From an uncultured candidate division Zixibacteria bacterium (GTDB lineage: Bacteria > Zixibacteria > MSB-5A5 > GN15 > FEB-12): a DNA stretch of 64,000 nt. The DNA lies in the NCBI GenBank assembly GCA_963664195.1, contig OY760907.1, positions 2,240,001 to 2,304,000 of the forward strand, in the 5' to 3' direction. The position numbers were made by a program, and so were the translations under genes. Position 1 is the first letter of the stretch, and each line of letters opens with the position of its first letter. This document shows, one piece after another, positions 54,779 to 64,000 of this stretch. The notes beneath the pieces were generated by a model. It worked only from the letters and a program-made list of their open reading frames with translations. It did no database searches and had not been told where the DNA came from.

Positions 54779-57700
54779 TCAGTCCTTCGGTCGGACGATT
54801 CTCAGCTTTTTCATCCTTGCTTCAAGAGTCGTTGGCTTCAGCCCAAGCCTGTCGGCTGCACCCCCTCTACCTCTCACTCGCCACCTCGCGGACTCCAGCG
54901 TTCCGGTGATGTGAGCTCGTTCGACAGCTTCCAGCGTCTGCAAGTGTCCTGCCTGTCCGGAACGGACTATTCCAGTTTCTACGCTGAGCGCGCCCGAATC
55001 CATTTGGATCATGGATCGCTCGATAACGTTGCGCAACTCTCTGACGTTGCCCGGCCAGGTATGACGTCGCAACAGTTCCATACTGCTATGGGGTATCTTC
55101 GTGACTCGCTTGCCCATGCTTCGAGAGAACTCATCGACAAAGAACTGCACCAGATACTCAATATCCTCTGGCCGATCCCTCAGCGGCGGGATCGTGATCG
55201 GGAACACGTTGAGACGGAAGAAGAGGTCTTCTCTAAATGTGCCTGCGTCGCAAGCTTTCTCCAGATCGCGGTTTGTCGCAGCAATGATGCGTGCATCAAC
55301 ATCGATGAGCTTATTCCCTCCCAATCGTTCCACTTTGCGCTCCTGAAGAACGCGCAGCAGCTTCGCCTGAGTTTCCAGTGGCAATTCACCGATTTCATCG
55401 AGGAAGAGAGTGCCCCCGTTGGCTGCCTCGAAGCGCCCGATCTGCTGTCTGTTAGCACCGGTATACGCCCCCTTCTCTCGGCCAAAGAGTTCGCTTTCGA
55501 CCAGGCCGGAGGGGAATGCGCAACAGCTGAACGCAACCAGGCGGCTCTCTTTGCGGGGACTCATGTTGTGAATCGAGTGAGCCATCAGCTCCTTGCCGGT
55601 TCCGGTTTCACCCAACAGCAGAACGGTCGAGTCGGTCGTTGCCACCCGCTCAGCTTCTGCAAGAACTGCCTTCATGGCCCGACTGTGGCCGATAATCTGC
55701 GAGCGATGCCGACTAGATCGGATATCCTCACGCAACAAGACGTTCTCAGCTTCCGACAATTCCTTGAGCCGACCTGTGTTGTCGAGAGCCTCCCGAAGTT
55801 CTTGTTCCGTCTCTCTTAGTCTGGTGATATCAACGGAATTGACAATCACCTTCTCCACTTCGTCATCCTCAGTCAGAATGGGAATTGCATTGACGTTGAC
55901 CCAGACTGTCGCGTCTCTCTCTGGACTATTAATGCCAATAGTGTAATCATGGAGCGGTTTCTTGGTGGCCATCACTCTGGCGACAGGATAGTCTTCCGGC
56001 TTCAACGTACTCGAGTCCGGTTTCAGAAAACGCCATGCCGGATCAGTGTACGTTTTGCCCGATATTTGCTCTGCTGTAAGCCCAAGTATACGGCTTGCTT
56101 CCGGATTGCTGTAGATGATGGACGTGTCGCGTGCATGAACAACCACTCCAGCAAGAAGTTGACTCAGTATTGATTCGTATTCTCTTGTACTTTCTCGCAA
56201 TGCAAGCTCGGCGCGCTTGCGATCGGTGATGTCCACCCACTGGCAGACAACGTGTGTCAGCTTGCCCTCGGTGTTCAATACTGGGTAGAGCGATGCATCG
56301 ATGTACAGATCGTTCGCGCCTGTGAGATGTATATCGCCGGCATCCGTCGCTATCCAATGCAAGCTGAAGCGTACGGGCTCGTGATTCTTGAAAACTCTCT
56401 TCACCCGTGGCATGAGACCTTGCTTCTCAAGGTTTGCGTCTGCGAGCACATTGTAATTGCCAATAATCTGTTCATCGGTCAGACCCAGAGTTTCGCGCAA
56501 GGACTGGTTTGTTTTTATGATTGTTCCGTTCGGACCGGCGATCCACATGGCGAACGGACTTTCATCGATTACCGTATCGAGGAAAGACGTCACCGATTTG
56601 AGTGCTTCCTCGCTCTGTTTGCGCTCGGTGATATCCATCGCCATCGAAAGCACGACCTGCTGATTCGTCAATTCGATTGTCTCGGCAGATAACAAGAAAA
56701 TGGCGACCTCGCCGGATTTGTTCCGGAGACTGACTTCCTGGTTCGAAACCCTGCCGTGTTTCTGTAACTCACCGAGCATTGTGGCGCGCTGATCGGGATC
56801 GGTATACAGATTGAGCTCTAGAGTTGTCCTGTCGATCACTTCGTCATAAGTGTAGCCGGTCGTTCTTAGCCAGGCCGGGTTGACTTCGATAATTGTGCCG
56901 TCCGAGATGCGGGTTAAGGAGACGAGCATCGGATTGGAGCGGAAGATAGTTGAGAAGCGCGCTTCCGTGGCGTGCAGCTCCGCTTCTGCTTGCTTTCGAT
57001 CGGAGATGTCTGCAACAACGGCTACGAAAAACACGGGTTGACCATGTTCGTTTCTGACCAGGCTGACGGTGAGGCTAACCCACACAACATGGCCTCTCTT
57101 GTGGAAGTATCTCCTCTCCATTGAGTAGGTGTCGATCTCTCCGGCCAGCATCCGGTTGGCGTATTCCAGGTCTGCTTCCAGATCATCGGGGTGAGTGAGT
57201 TCTTGGAAGGTTCTTTTCAGAAGTTCGGATTCTGAAAAGCCCGTGATGTCACAGAGACGCTGATTGATCTGCAGCCAGCTGCCGTCGAGCGCCAGCCGTG
57301 CCATCCCTACGGCTGCTTGTTCAAACAAGGCGCGGAACTGTAGTTCGCTCTTGCGCAGCTCTACTTCCGCACGTTTGCGGTCGCTGATATCAAAGGAAAT
57401 GGCCTGGACTGATGTGACCTTGCCCGAGACGTCTGTTATGGGCCACAACCGTGTCTCAAACCAGAAGCTTTGACCTCGCAGAGGAGTTTCCTCCTCAAAG
57501 ACAAGGCCCTTTCCGGCCCTGAACACCCGGCGTATGTTAGACATTTGGCGGTTGGCAATCTCTTCCGGGAAGAGGTCCCACATGGTTTTTCCTGCTACTT
57601 GATGCGGTTCCAGACCTACCATAGTGGCGGCACAGGTGTTCATGAACAGGAACTCGCCCTCAAGACCAACTTCAAAAACCGGCTGTCCTGCATTCTCAAC

Positions 57701-58546
57701 CAGACTCCTGTACTGTCTTTCGCTTCCCTTCAGTCTTTCTTCAGCCCGCTGGCGTTTGGTGATATCTCTGCCTATGGCGAGAACCAGTTTTTGACCGCAA
57801 TGTTCAAACATGCGGGCACGTATCTCAACTGGCACCAGATTTCCTGTCTTGGTGACCAGGTGCTTCTGAGAAATCAGTTGCTCGTCCCCAATCAGATTCT
57901 CGGCTTCCTCCGCGACAGTCTTCTGACCGAGATCAGAGATGATTTCGGTTGGCCTCAGCTGGCGGAACTCTTCCATAGAGTACCCCAGTTGTTGACAAGT
58001 CAGACTGTTGACTTCCAGGAAATACCCCGGGGTTTCTGGCGTATCGAGTTCGTGCAAGAAGACAAAGTCGTTGGCTACTTCAAAGAGCGTGCGATAATGT
58101 GCCCCTCGTTCCCTGCCACTCTCTTCCTCCTGTTGGATTTCGGAGATGTCCCTTACTACCGCGACCAACGTGTCGCCGTCGGGGTTGAGCGAGCTCAAGG
58201 AGACGTCCGTATCGAATGTCTCACCTCCCAGGCGGGCGTGGGTCCAGTAGAATCGTTCCTTTTCACCCCGCTGAATGCCGGCAACGATTGTCTCCCTCTT
58301 GATCTTGGAATCTGAACCGTCCGGTTGATACTCCGGTGAGATCTGCGAAGGACTCAACCCTACCAACTCTTCGACTGAGGACGCGCCGAACAGCTCTACG
58401 GCCTTGCTGTTGCAGTCGACTATTTTGTCCTTGTTGATGAATAAGACCGCATCATTGACGGTTTCGAGAATCGCGTCGACAAGCTTTGACCTGCCGTCGG
58501 CCGCGTACCCGGGATCTGATTTCTCTTTGCGCCTGTCCTTGCCCAA
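54779..58546 (-). CDS. Sigma-54-dependent enhancer-binding protein with seven PAS domains and Fis-type HTH
   Basis: Seven PAS/PAC repeats. AAA+ 'GETGTGKE', 'ESELFG..GAYTGA', 'LFLDEIGE', 'AATNRDL', 'WPGNVRELRN'; HTH 'GAADRLGLKPTTL'. Confidence 0.93.
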   Translation of the reverse strand: MGKDRRKEKSDPGYAADGRSKLVDAILETVNDAVLFINKDKIVDCNSKAVELFGASSVEELVGLSPSQISPEYQPDGSDSKIKRETIVAGIQRGEKERFYWTHARLGGETFDTDVSLSSLNPDGDTLVAVVRDISEIQQEEESGRERGAHYRTLFEVANDFVFLHELDTPETPGYFLEVNSLTCQQLGYSMEEFRQLRPTEIISDLGQKTVAEEAENLIGDEQLISQKHLVTKTGNLVPVEIRARMFEHCGQKLVLAIGRDITKRQRAEERLKGSERQYRSLVENAGQPVFEVGLEGEFLFMNTCAATMVGLEPHQVAGKTMWDLFPEEIANRQMSNIRRVFRAGKGLVFEEETPLRGQSFWFETRLWPITDVSGKVTSVQAISFDISDRKRAEVELRKSELQFRALFEQAAVGMARLALDGSWLQINQRLCDITGFSESELLKRTFQELTHPDDLEADLEYANRMLAGEIDTYSMERRYFHKRGHVVWVSLTVSLVRNEHGQPVFFVAVVADISDRKQAEAELHATEARFSTIFRSNPMLVSLTRISDGTIIEVNPAWLRTTGYTYDEVIDRTTLELNLYTDPDQRATMLGELQKHGRVSNQEVSLRNKSGEVAIFLLSAETIELTNQQVVLSMAMDITERKQSEEALKSVTSFLDTVIDESPFAMWIAGPNGTIIKTNQSLRETLGLTDEQIIGNYNVLADANLEKQGLMPRVKRVFKNHEPVRFSLHWIATDAGDIHLTGANDLYIDASLYPVLNTEGKLTHVVCQWVDITDRKRAELALRESTREYESILSQLLAGVVVHARDTSIIYSNPEASRILGLTAEQISGKTYTDPAWRFLKPDSSTLKPEDYPVARVMATKKPLHDYTIGINSPERDATVWVNVNAIPILTEDDEVEKVIVNSVDITRLRETEQELREALDNTGRLKELSEAENVLLREDIRSSRHRSQIIGHSRAMKAVLAEAERVATTDSTVLLLGETGTGKELMAHSIHNMSPRKESRLVAFSCCAFPSGLVESELFGREKGAYTGANRQQIGRFEAANGGTLFLDEIGELPLETQAKLLRVLQERKVERLGGNKLIDVDARIIAATNRDLEKACDAGTFREDLFFRLNVFPITIPPLRDRPEDIEYLVQFFVDEFSRSMGKRVTKIPHSSMELLRRHTWPGNVRELRNVIERSMIQMDSGALSVETGIVRSGQAGHLQTLEAVERAHITGTLESARWRVRGRGGAADRLGLKPTTLEARMKKLRIVRPKD

Positions 58547-58999
58547 TTCGGTGCCCCCTTGTGAGCTACTTCAGCACCACCTTTGTCGATTTCCCTATCC
58601 TCGAATCAAGTGTTGCCTGTAAATTCGACGTGTTTTGTACTGTACCGACCGCGTCTATCATACGATAGTCGGTACCCATTCGACAGCTTCTCTTGATTCA
58701 CTGACCAGGGCAAGTGCCCACAGCCCTGGGTGAAGGAAGAGAGAGACATTATGGGGCAGTTCGCGCCCATCCTGAACCAAGGCTCAGGATGTCTCTAATA
58801 CGTCGGATGTCAATCCGGCTGAGTTGGACGGTTGCTCAGTTCGGTATGTGTTGTCATTAGTGCTGTGCCCCAATATATCGTACAACCCACGAAATAATGT
58901 ACGAGTGGAGAAGTCAACTTGTTTTTACCCGTTTTTCTATACTGTTCACAAGAGCCTGCAAAGTAGCGTCTTACGAGAAACGGAGAAGATTGACAGAGT

Positions 59000-59016
59000 T
59001 CGGCATGTCTCTTGCA
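59000..59016 (+). promoter_or_regulatory. Putative sigma-54 (-24/-12) promoter
   Basis: TCGGCATGTCTCTTGCA: GG-N10-GC spacing, close to the TGGCACG-N4-TTGCW consensus, divergent from the bEBP gene. Confidence 0.6.
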
Positions 59017-59123
59017 ATATGTGTAGCGAATACATCTAGGATTATTGACTGGACAGGTGGTTCTTGGTGTCTTAGCCGCCGGATCGCAATATCTGCCCAA
59101 GTCTGTCATTTTGGGGGTAGTGG

Positions 59124-59537
59124 GTGGGCACCTACGTATCAAGTCGGTTCAAGGACGGAGCAAGCGAAGCGCTAGTCTGCAACTCAGTTTCAGCAGACGA
59201 ATGGCTTCGTTTGGTGGTCTCACTGATGAAGCTGGCTGATCAGCATCAATCGGCAAAGCTGTTGATCGATTTGAGTGGGGGACAGATGGTTGCAGGCATT
59301 ATGGACATCTATGATATTCCTGCAAGGCTCTCTCTTCGAGACTATCGACCCTGCTTCAAGCAGGCAGTAGTTGTCGCCGAGAAGAGTAGAAACATCATGT
59401 TCTACGAGACAGTCATGTGTAACAGTTTCTTCAGAACCAGTGTTTTTACCGGGTTTGAGGCTGCCGCAGACTGGTTGGGCAAGGACTTGCCGGGAGGACT
59501 CCAGTTGTCAAAAGGGGGCTTTGTTAGTGTCTTTTGA
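59124..59537 (+). CDS. Small STAS/SEC14-like (SpoIIAA-like) hypothetical protein; start uncertain
   Basis: 'KLLIDLS', 'KQAVVV', 'FYETV', 'VF..EAA.DWL' pattern. Confidence 0.5.
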   Translation: MGTYVSSRFKDGASEALVCNSVSADEWLRLVVSLMKLADQHQSAKLLIDLSGGQMVAGIMDIYDIPARLSLRDYRPCFKQAVVVAEKSRNIMFYETVMCNSFFRTSVFTGFEAAADWLGKDLPGGLQLSKGGFVSVF

Positions 59538-60834
59538 ACGAGACGATTTGGAAACGGGAACTGCGAGAGAAATCGTGCCTTGGAATCTGGCGACTGTCAA
59601 GCTGGTCCGCAAGGCGGTTCCTCCTGCCTCTGTTATGGTGACTTTGCTCGAAGCGTCACGGCATCCAATCTTCGCCGTCAACGCAGACTATTGCTATCTG
59701 CTCTATAGCAGAAGTCACGCCGATGTAATGTGTACTCTGTACGGCGCGGAGATCGAGGCGGGGGGAAGTCTGTTGGACTATATAACAGTGCCCGAGGACA
59801 GGCTAGCCACAAAGCTCAACCTCGACCGGGCGCTGAGCGGAGAGCATGTGGAGGAAGCCGCGACCTCAATCGGAGGAGATGGCGACCACAAACAGGTTGA
59901 TGTCTCCTATGTTCCGATACGCTCTTCCGAGGGTCCGGCTCAAGGCGTACTAGTGATCTCAAACGACGTTACAGAGTCGCACCGACTGGCGGAAGATTTG
60001 CATCGATCTCAGAGCAAGCTCGACCGTTTCTTCCAAACTGATATGGTTGGCAGGATTGCTGGAGCAGCTGATGGCAAAGTGGTTGATGCAAACGATTATC
60101 TCCTCAAGTTGATAGGCTATACGCGTGAGGAACTCTGCAGGGGGGAGATCAACTGGCGATCTATCACGCCTGCCGAATACTTGTCGCTCGACGAGCAGGC
60201 CATTGCAACTCTCAAACTGACCGGCGAGTGCTCTCCCTACGAAAAGGAGTATCAGCGGAGGGATGGCACCAGAGTATCAGTCTTGCTGACAAACATTCTC
60301 CCTCACGATCCAGAAGACCCGATCGAGGCGTTGGTGATTGATATCACTGATCGCAAGCGGATGGAGGACTCACTGCAGCGCCTGGATACACAGCTCGAAA
60401 GGGAACGCAACTCTGTCTCGTCTAAGCAGAGCGCACTTCGGGAAGTGTTGAGTCACCTGGAAGAAGAACGGAATCGAACAGTGTCATGCGTATCTTCCAA
60501 TATTAGTTCCGTGGTTACTCCCCTGATCAGACAGCTTCGAAAGTCCGTTGCCAACAATCCTGCGCAGGCCCAGCTAGTGGATCAGGTAAGCCAGGCATTG
60601 GACGACGTCATGTCTCCGTTTGTAGATGCACTGTCAGCAAGGTTTGCGACGCTGTCCCCTCGAGAACTGCAAGTGTGCAGTCTGGTGAAGGATGGCATCC
60701 AATCGAAGGAGATAGCCGGACTCCTCGGCATTTCAGTCCTGACCGTGCATACGATTCGCCGTAACATCCGAAAAAAGCTCGCTCTGAAGGACGGCAGTGC
60801 AGTCCTTTCGGAATATCTCAACTCAATCAAGTAG
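59527..60834 (+). CDS. PAS-PAS-LuxR-type transcriptional regulator
   Basis: Two PAS domains and a C-terminal 'LSPRELQVC..G..SKEIA.LL.IS..TV..IRRNIRKKL' HTH. Start uncertain (GTG 59527). Confidence 0.85.
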   Translation: MSFERDDLETGTAREIVPWNLATVKLVRKAVPPASVMVTLLEASRHPIFAVNADYCYLLYSRSHADVMCTLYGAEIEAGGSLLDYITVPEDRLATKLNLDRALSGEHVEEAATSIGGDGDHKQVDVSYVPIRSSEGPAQGVLVISNDVTESHRLAEDLHRSQSKLDRFFQTDMVGRIAGAADGKVVDANDYLLKLIGYTREELCRGEINWRSITPAEYLSLDEQAIATLKLTGECSPYEKEYQRRDGTRVSVLLTNILPHDPEDPIEALVIDITDRKRMEDSLQRLDTQLERERNSVSSKQSALREVLSHLEEERNRTVSCVSSNISSVVTPLIRQLRKSVANNPAQAQLVDQVSQALDDVMSPFVDALSARFATLSPRELQVCSLVKDGIQSKEIAGLLGISVLTVHTIRRNIRKKLALKDGSAVLSEYLNSIK

Positions 60835-61317
60835 GGCCGCAGACTTGGCGGCGTGAGTATCTGTGCGTCGACGGCAGTGCGCTCGGTTTCGGTATTGCCC
60901 AAGAACGTTAGGTATAGAGCGTACTTAATGGTTCCTCATCATCATCATCGACAATACACCGATCCATACTAGTGTTAGAACCGTATCAGGATCGAACAGG
61001 GCTCAGTGTTGCCTGGCTAACGATCTTGGTTAATGTGAAGGGTCATCGTGATGCCACTACATTCTGTTGCTTTCGTTTCTCCTCTCTCTTCATCGCGAGC
61101 GACAGAGAAGACCGCCAACTTGGATGCGCCACTGGAGCAGGGCGTCACGATGACTCATACTTCAGAGAGGCAATCTCCATCAATCGCGAATCTGCGGGTA
61201 GAGGGAGATATCAATAGAAGCGTTGGATCTTCGAGCGAGACCGTGCCTACGAACGAATCGAAGAATGGGACAAGTGGTCCGAACATGACAGTTGCTGCGG
61301 AAGGGGGACGGGAAGGC

Positions 61318-62997
61318 ATGACGAAGGAGTCGTTTCGGGTCCTCTTGGTCGACGATGAGTCAGTGATTCTCACTGTCATGCAGGAGGTGCTCGAAGAGGC
61401 CGGTTATTCCTGTAGGACAGCTTCATCAGGAGCAGTTGCTCTCCAGCGGTTCCAGGAGGAGCCTGCAAGTCTGGTAATCAGCGACATCCGGATGCCGGGT
61501 GTTTCGGGAGTGCAATTGGCAGATGCCCTCTGCGCGAAGCAGTCTGATACTCTAATTGTTCTCATCACCGGATATGCAGAGCCAGACGTTCTATCTCAGG
61601 CACTCAAGCAGAGTCCATTCGGCTTCCTTGAGAAGCCCTTTCTTCCGAACCAGTTGGTTGCCCTGGTGGAGAGGGCAGAGAAGTACTGGAGTGATCGGTT
61701 CGACTCTCAGGAGCAAGGCAGGCTTCTGGAGCAACAAGTAAGCGAAAAGACGAAGGAACTGGAATTCAAGACCGATCGACTGATTGCAGAGAAGGATCTT
61801 CTCCACGGCATAGTGAACGACGCGAATTTTGGTCTGATGGCTTTCGATACGTCCGGCCAGACACACCTGCTCAATCGTCTTGCCTGTGAGCTACTGGCTA
61901 TCGACGAGTCGCTGTATGCTCAGTATCACGGTTTCCCTTACAGGGATCTGCTGCCAAAAGAATGTTATGATGCACTGACTCCGCTTCTGGACGAGACGCG
62001 GAAGACCAATGGCCTCGAAACCGCCGAGTTCATGAATCCACTGAATGACAGACACCTGAGCGTCATTGGGTATCCGATAATACGCCACAGCCGCGTAACA
62101 GCTCTGGTATTGGTTGTTCACGACGTGACAGAGAAGGAAACGCTCCAGAGACGCCTTCTTCAATCCCAGAAACTTGCGTCTATCGGCGAACTCGCGGCCG
62201 GCGTCGCACATGAAATCAACAACCCGCTGGGCTTCGTCATGAGCAACTGCAACTCGCTGTCTGGATACGTTGACACCTTGAAGGACTATATTAGCCTGCT
62301 GGAGGGTGCTTGCTCATCAACGGCCGCGCCGAACACTCCCATTGGAACGCAAGTCACTCAGGCGAAGTCCGAGATGGACATACCGTTTATTCAGGAGGAC
62401 ATGTCCGAACTGCTGGCAGAGACTCTTGACGGACTCGATCGAGTGTCCAAGATAGTCCGGGACCTCAAATCGTTCGCTCGCGCGGACAATGACACCGCTG
62501 AGCGGTGTGAGATAAATGATCTGATTGACAATGCGCTGAATCTGGCCAGAAACGAGATCAAGTACAACCTGGAAATAGTCAAGAACTTCGCTCCGCTTCC
62601 AGCCGTCAGCGGATTTCCCAGCCAACTGGTGCAAGTGTTCACAAACATGTTTGTCAACGCCTCTCATGCGGCCAAAGCCAAGGGCACACTTACGATCACT
62701 ACCAGCGCTACCGACAGAGTCATTCGAATCAGTATAGCCGATAACGGAGAAGGCATCTCGGAGAAGGATCTTTCCAGAATCTTCGATCCCTTCTTTACGA
62801 CCAAGCCGCCGGGTAAGGGAACGGGTATGGGGCTAAGTATTTCGTACGGTATCATTGAGCGTCACGGAGGCAGAATTCTGGCAAGCAGTGAGGTTGGGGT
62901 AGGAACCGAGTTCACTATTGAACTGCCGGTCAAGAGGCCTGCTGAGTGCGGCCAGTCAGCAGAACCAGTAGCCGTAACACAAGGGGGACTGAGTTAG
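61318..62997 (+). CDS. REC-PAS-histidine kinase (hybrid)
   Basis: REC '[18 protein letters not shown]', PAS, H-box '[11 protein letters not shown]', '[20 protein letters not shown]'. Start uncertain. Confidence 0.9.
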   Translation: MTKESFRVLLVDDESVILTVMQEVLEEAGYSCRTASSGAVALQRFQEEPASLVISDIRMPGVSGVQLADALCAKQSDTLIVLITGYAEPDVLSQALKQSPFGFLEKPFLPNQLVALVERAEKYWSDRFDSQEQGRLLEQQVSEKTKELEFKTDRLIAEKDLLHGIVNDANFGLMAFDTSGQTHLLNRLACELLAIDESLYAQYHGFPYRDLLPKECYDALTPLLDETRKTNGLETAEFMNPLNDRHLSVIGYPIIRHSRVTALVLVVHDVTEKETLQRRLLQSQKLASIGELAAGVAHEINNPLGFVMSNCNSLSGYVDTLKDYISLLEGACSSTAAPNTPIGTQVTQAKSEMDIPFIQEDMSELLAETLDGLDRVSKIVRDLKSFARADNDTAERCEINDLIDNALNLARNEIKYNLEIVKNFAPLPAVSGFPSQLVQVFTNMFVNASHAAKAKGTLTITTSATDRVIRISIADNGEGISEKDLSRIFDPFFTTKPPGKGTGMGLSISYGIIERHGGRILASSEVGVGTEFTIELPVKRPAECGQSAEPVAVTQGGLS

Positions 62998-63530
62998 TGG
63001 ATGCGTACAATGTTTTGTTTGTCGACGATGAGCCGTTCATTCTGAAGGCCATGATGAGGCTGTTTCGCGGAGATCAGATGAACATCCTGACAGCGCCCGA
63101 CGGCGAAAACGCTCTCGAAATCGTCAAGAGTAGGTGCATCCAGGTTGTAGTGACGGACAACATCATGCCGGGGATGTCCGGTGTGGAGTTGGTGCGAAAG
63201 ATCAAGGAGTGTTCGCCCAACACGGTGAGGATAATTTTGTCCGGTCACTCCGATATGGATGCAGTGTTGAAGGCGATAAATGAGGGAGAGGCGTACAGGT
63301 TCGTCATGAAGCCTTGGCACGATTTGGATATGAAGGCCACCGTTCATCTGGCGCTAGCCCAGTATCGCCTGACGGAGCAGAATTTGGAGTTGATTTCCGA
63401 AATTCAAGCTCAGCGCTTGATTGTCTCAAGGCTTAGGAAGAGATTTCCCGAGGTCTACGTTCAACTGTTGGCGGATGTTCCGGGTGCAGACGACTTACTT
63501 AACCCTAGGTCGTCCGCAGTTAGCGGCTAA
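62997..63530 (+). CDS. Response regulator receiver protein
   Basis: 'VLFVDDE', 'VVTDNIMPGM.G', 'LSG', 'KPW'. GTG overlaps the upstream stop. Confidence 0.88.
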   Translation: MDAYNVLFVDDEPFILKAMMRLFRGDQMNILTAPDGENALEIVKSRCIQVVVTDNIMPGMSGVELVRKIKECSPNTVRIILSGHSDMDAVLKAINEGEAYRFVMKPWHDLDMKATVHLALAQYRLTEQNLELISEIQAQRLIVSRLRKRFPEVYVQLLADVPGADDLLNPRSSAVSG

Positions 63531-63552
63531 AAACACAAGAAGGAGCGACACC

Positions 63553-64000
63553 ATGCCTATGGCCGTAGATGATGTACTTGACCGCCTTTCTGGATTACCT
63601 CCGTTTCCGAAGGTTACCACAAGATTGCTGTCAATGCTTGAAGACGATGGGGTTGCGGCGCAGGATATCGCCCAGGTCATCTCCACCGATCCGTCGCTTG
63701 TCCTCAAGTCGCTGCATTTGGCAAACTCTCCCTTCTACATGGTGTCAAAGCCTATTGAGACGGTAATGGAAGCCGTGTTGGTTCTCGGGATCAATACTAT
63801 AAAGAGTATCACAACCGCAGCAGCAATCCAGAAAGGGCTTGCGGCGGTCAAACCGCGTGCCGATGCGTTTGATATGCTGGGATTCTGGCGGCACTCCTAT
63901 GCTACTGCCATAGCTGCAAGCAAGCTTGCCACCGGCAGGCAGAAGGGCGTCGCCGACACTCTCTACGTAGCAGGTCTAATCCACGACATTGGCGAAGTGA
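63553..64000 (+). CDS. HDOD-domain protein (3' truncated, absent from the ORF track)
   Basis: My translation: MPMAVDDVLDRLSGLPPFP..ISTDPSL..ANSPFY..EAVLVLG..FWRHS..AGLIHDIG. AAGGAG RBS. Confidence 0.88.
   Translation, partial: MPMAVDDVLDRLSGLPPFPKVTTRLLSMLEDDGVAAQDIAQVISTDPSLVLKSLHLANSPFYMVSKPIETVMEAVLVLGINTIKSITTAAAIQKGLAAVKPRADAFDMLGFWRHSYATAIAASKLATGRQKGVADTLYVAGLIHDIGEV

Noticed and set aside
54500..64000. Integrative element inserted at tRNA-Gln
   Set aside because: No integrase and no duplicated tRNA 3' end seen within the window; cannot be supported here.

Overview
Bacterial genomic window, probably from an FCB-superphylum lineage such as candidate Zixibacteria. That placement is inferred from a large cohesin/dockerin-like protein with a C-terminal FlgD-Ig/'YPNPFN' domain, not shown directly. 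The main feature is a ~22 kb co-oriented contractile injection / type VI secretion locus (3033-25189). Its front part is a PAAR-tipped cargo cassette: PAAR-Ig/TTR fusion, adaptors, a DUF1795-like chaperone, a His-Cys protease-like effector and a VasX-like membrane effector. Behind it come a ClpV split into two translationally coupled genes and Bacteroidota-type (T6SS-iii-like) TssB, TssC, TssD/Hcp, VgrG, TssE, TssF (frameshifted at a T10 run), TssG (with a PASTA-like N-terminus) and TssK. I recognise neither known membrane complex (TssJLM or TssNOPQR). In their place are a C-terminally anchored helical protein, a membrane-anchored TRAFAC-type GTPase and a secreted VirB10/TrbI-like beta protein, which together are a candidate new envelope-spanning complex. 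The rest of the window holds transporters, an FHA-GAF-PP2C phosphatase / Ser-Thr kinase pair, rocD, queG, a sugar-phosphate cluster (rpe-pgi-tkt-glk-thiN), tRNA-Gln(CTG), REP-like palindromes and a PAS-rich signalling cluster with a sigma-54 activator facing a -24/-12 promoter. All family assignments come from motif recognition by eye; no database searches were run.
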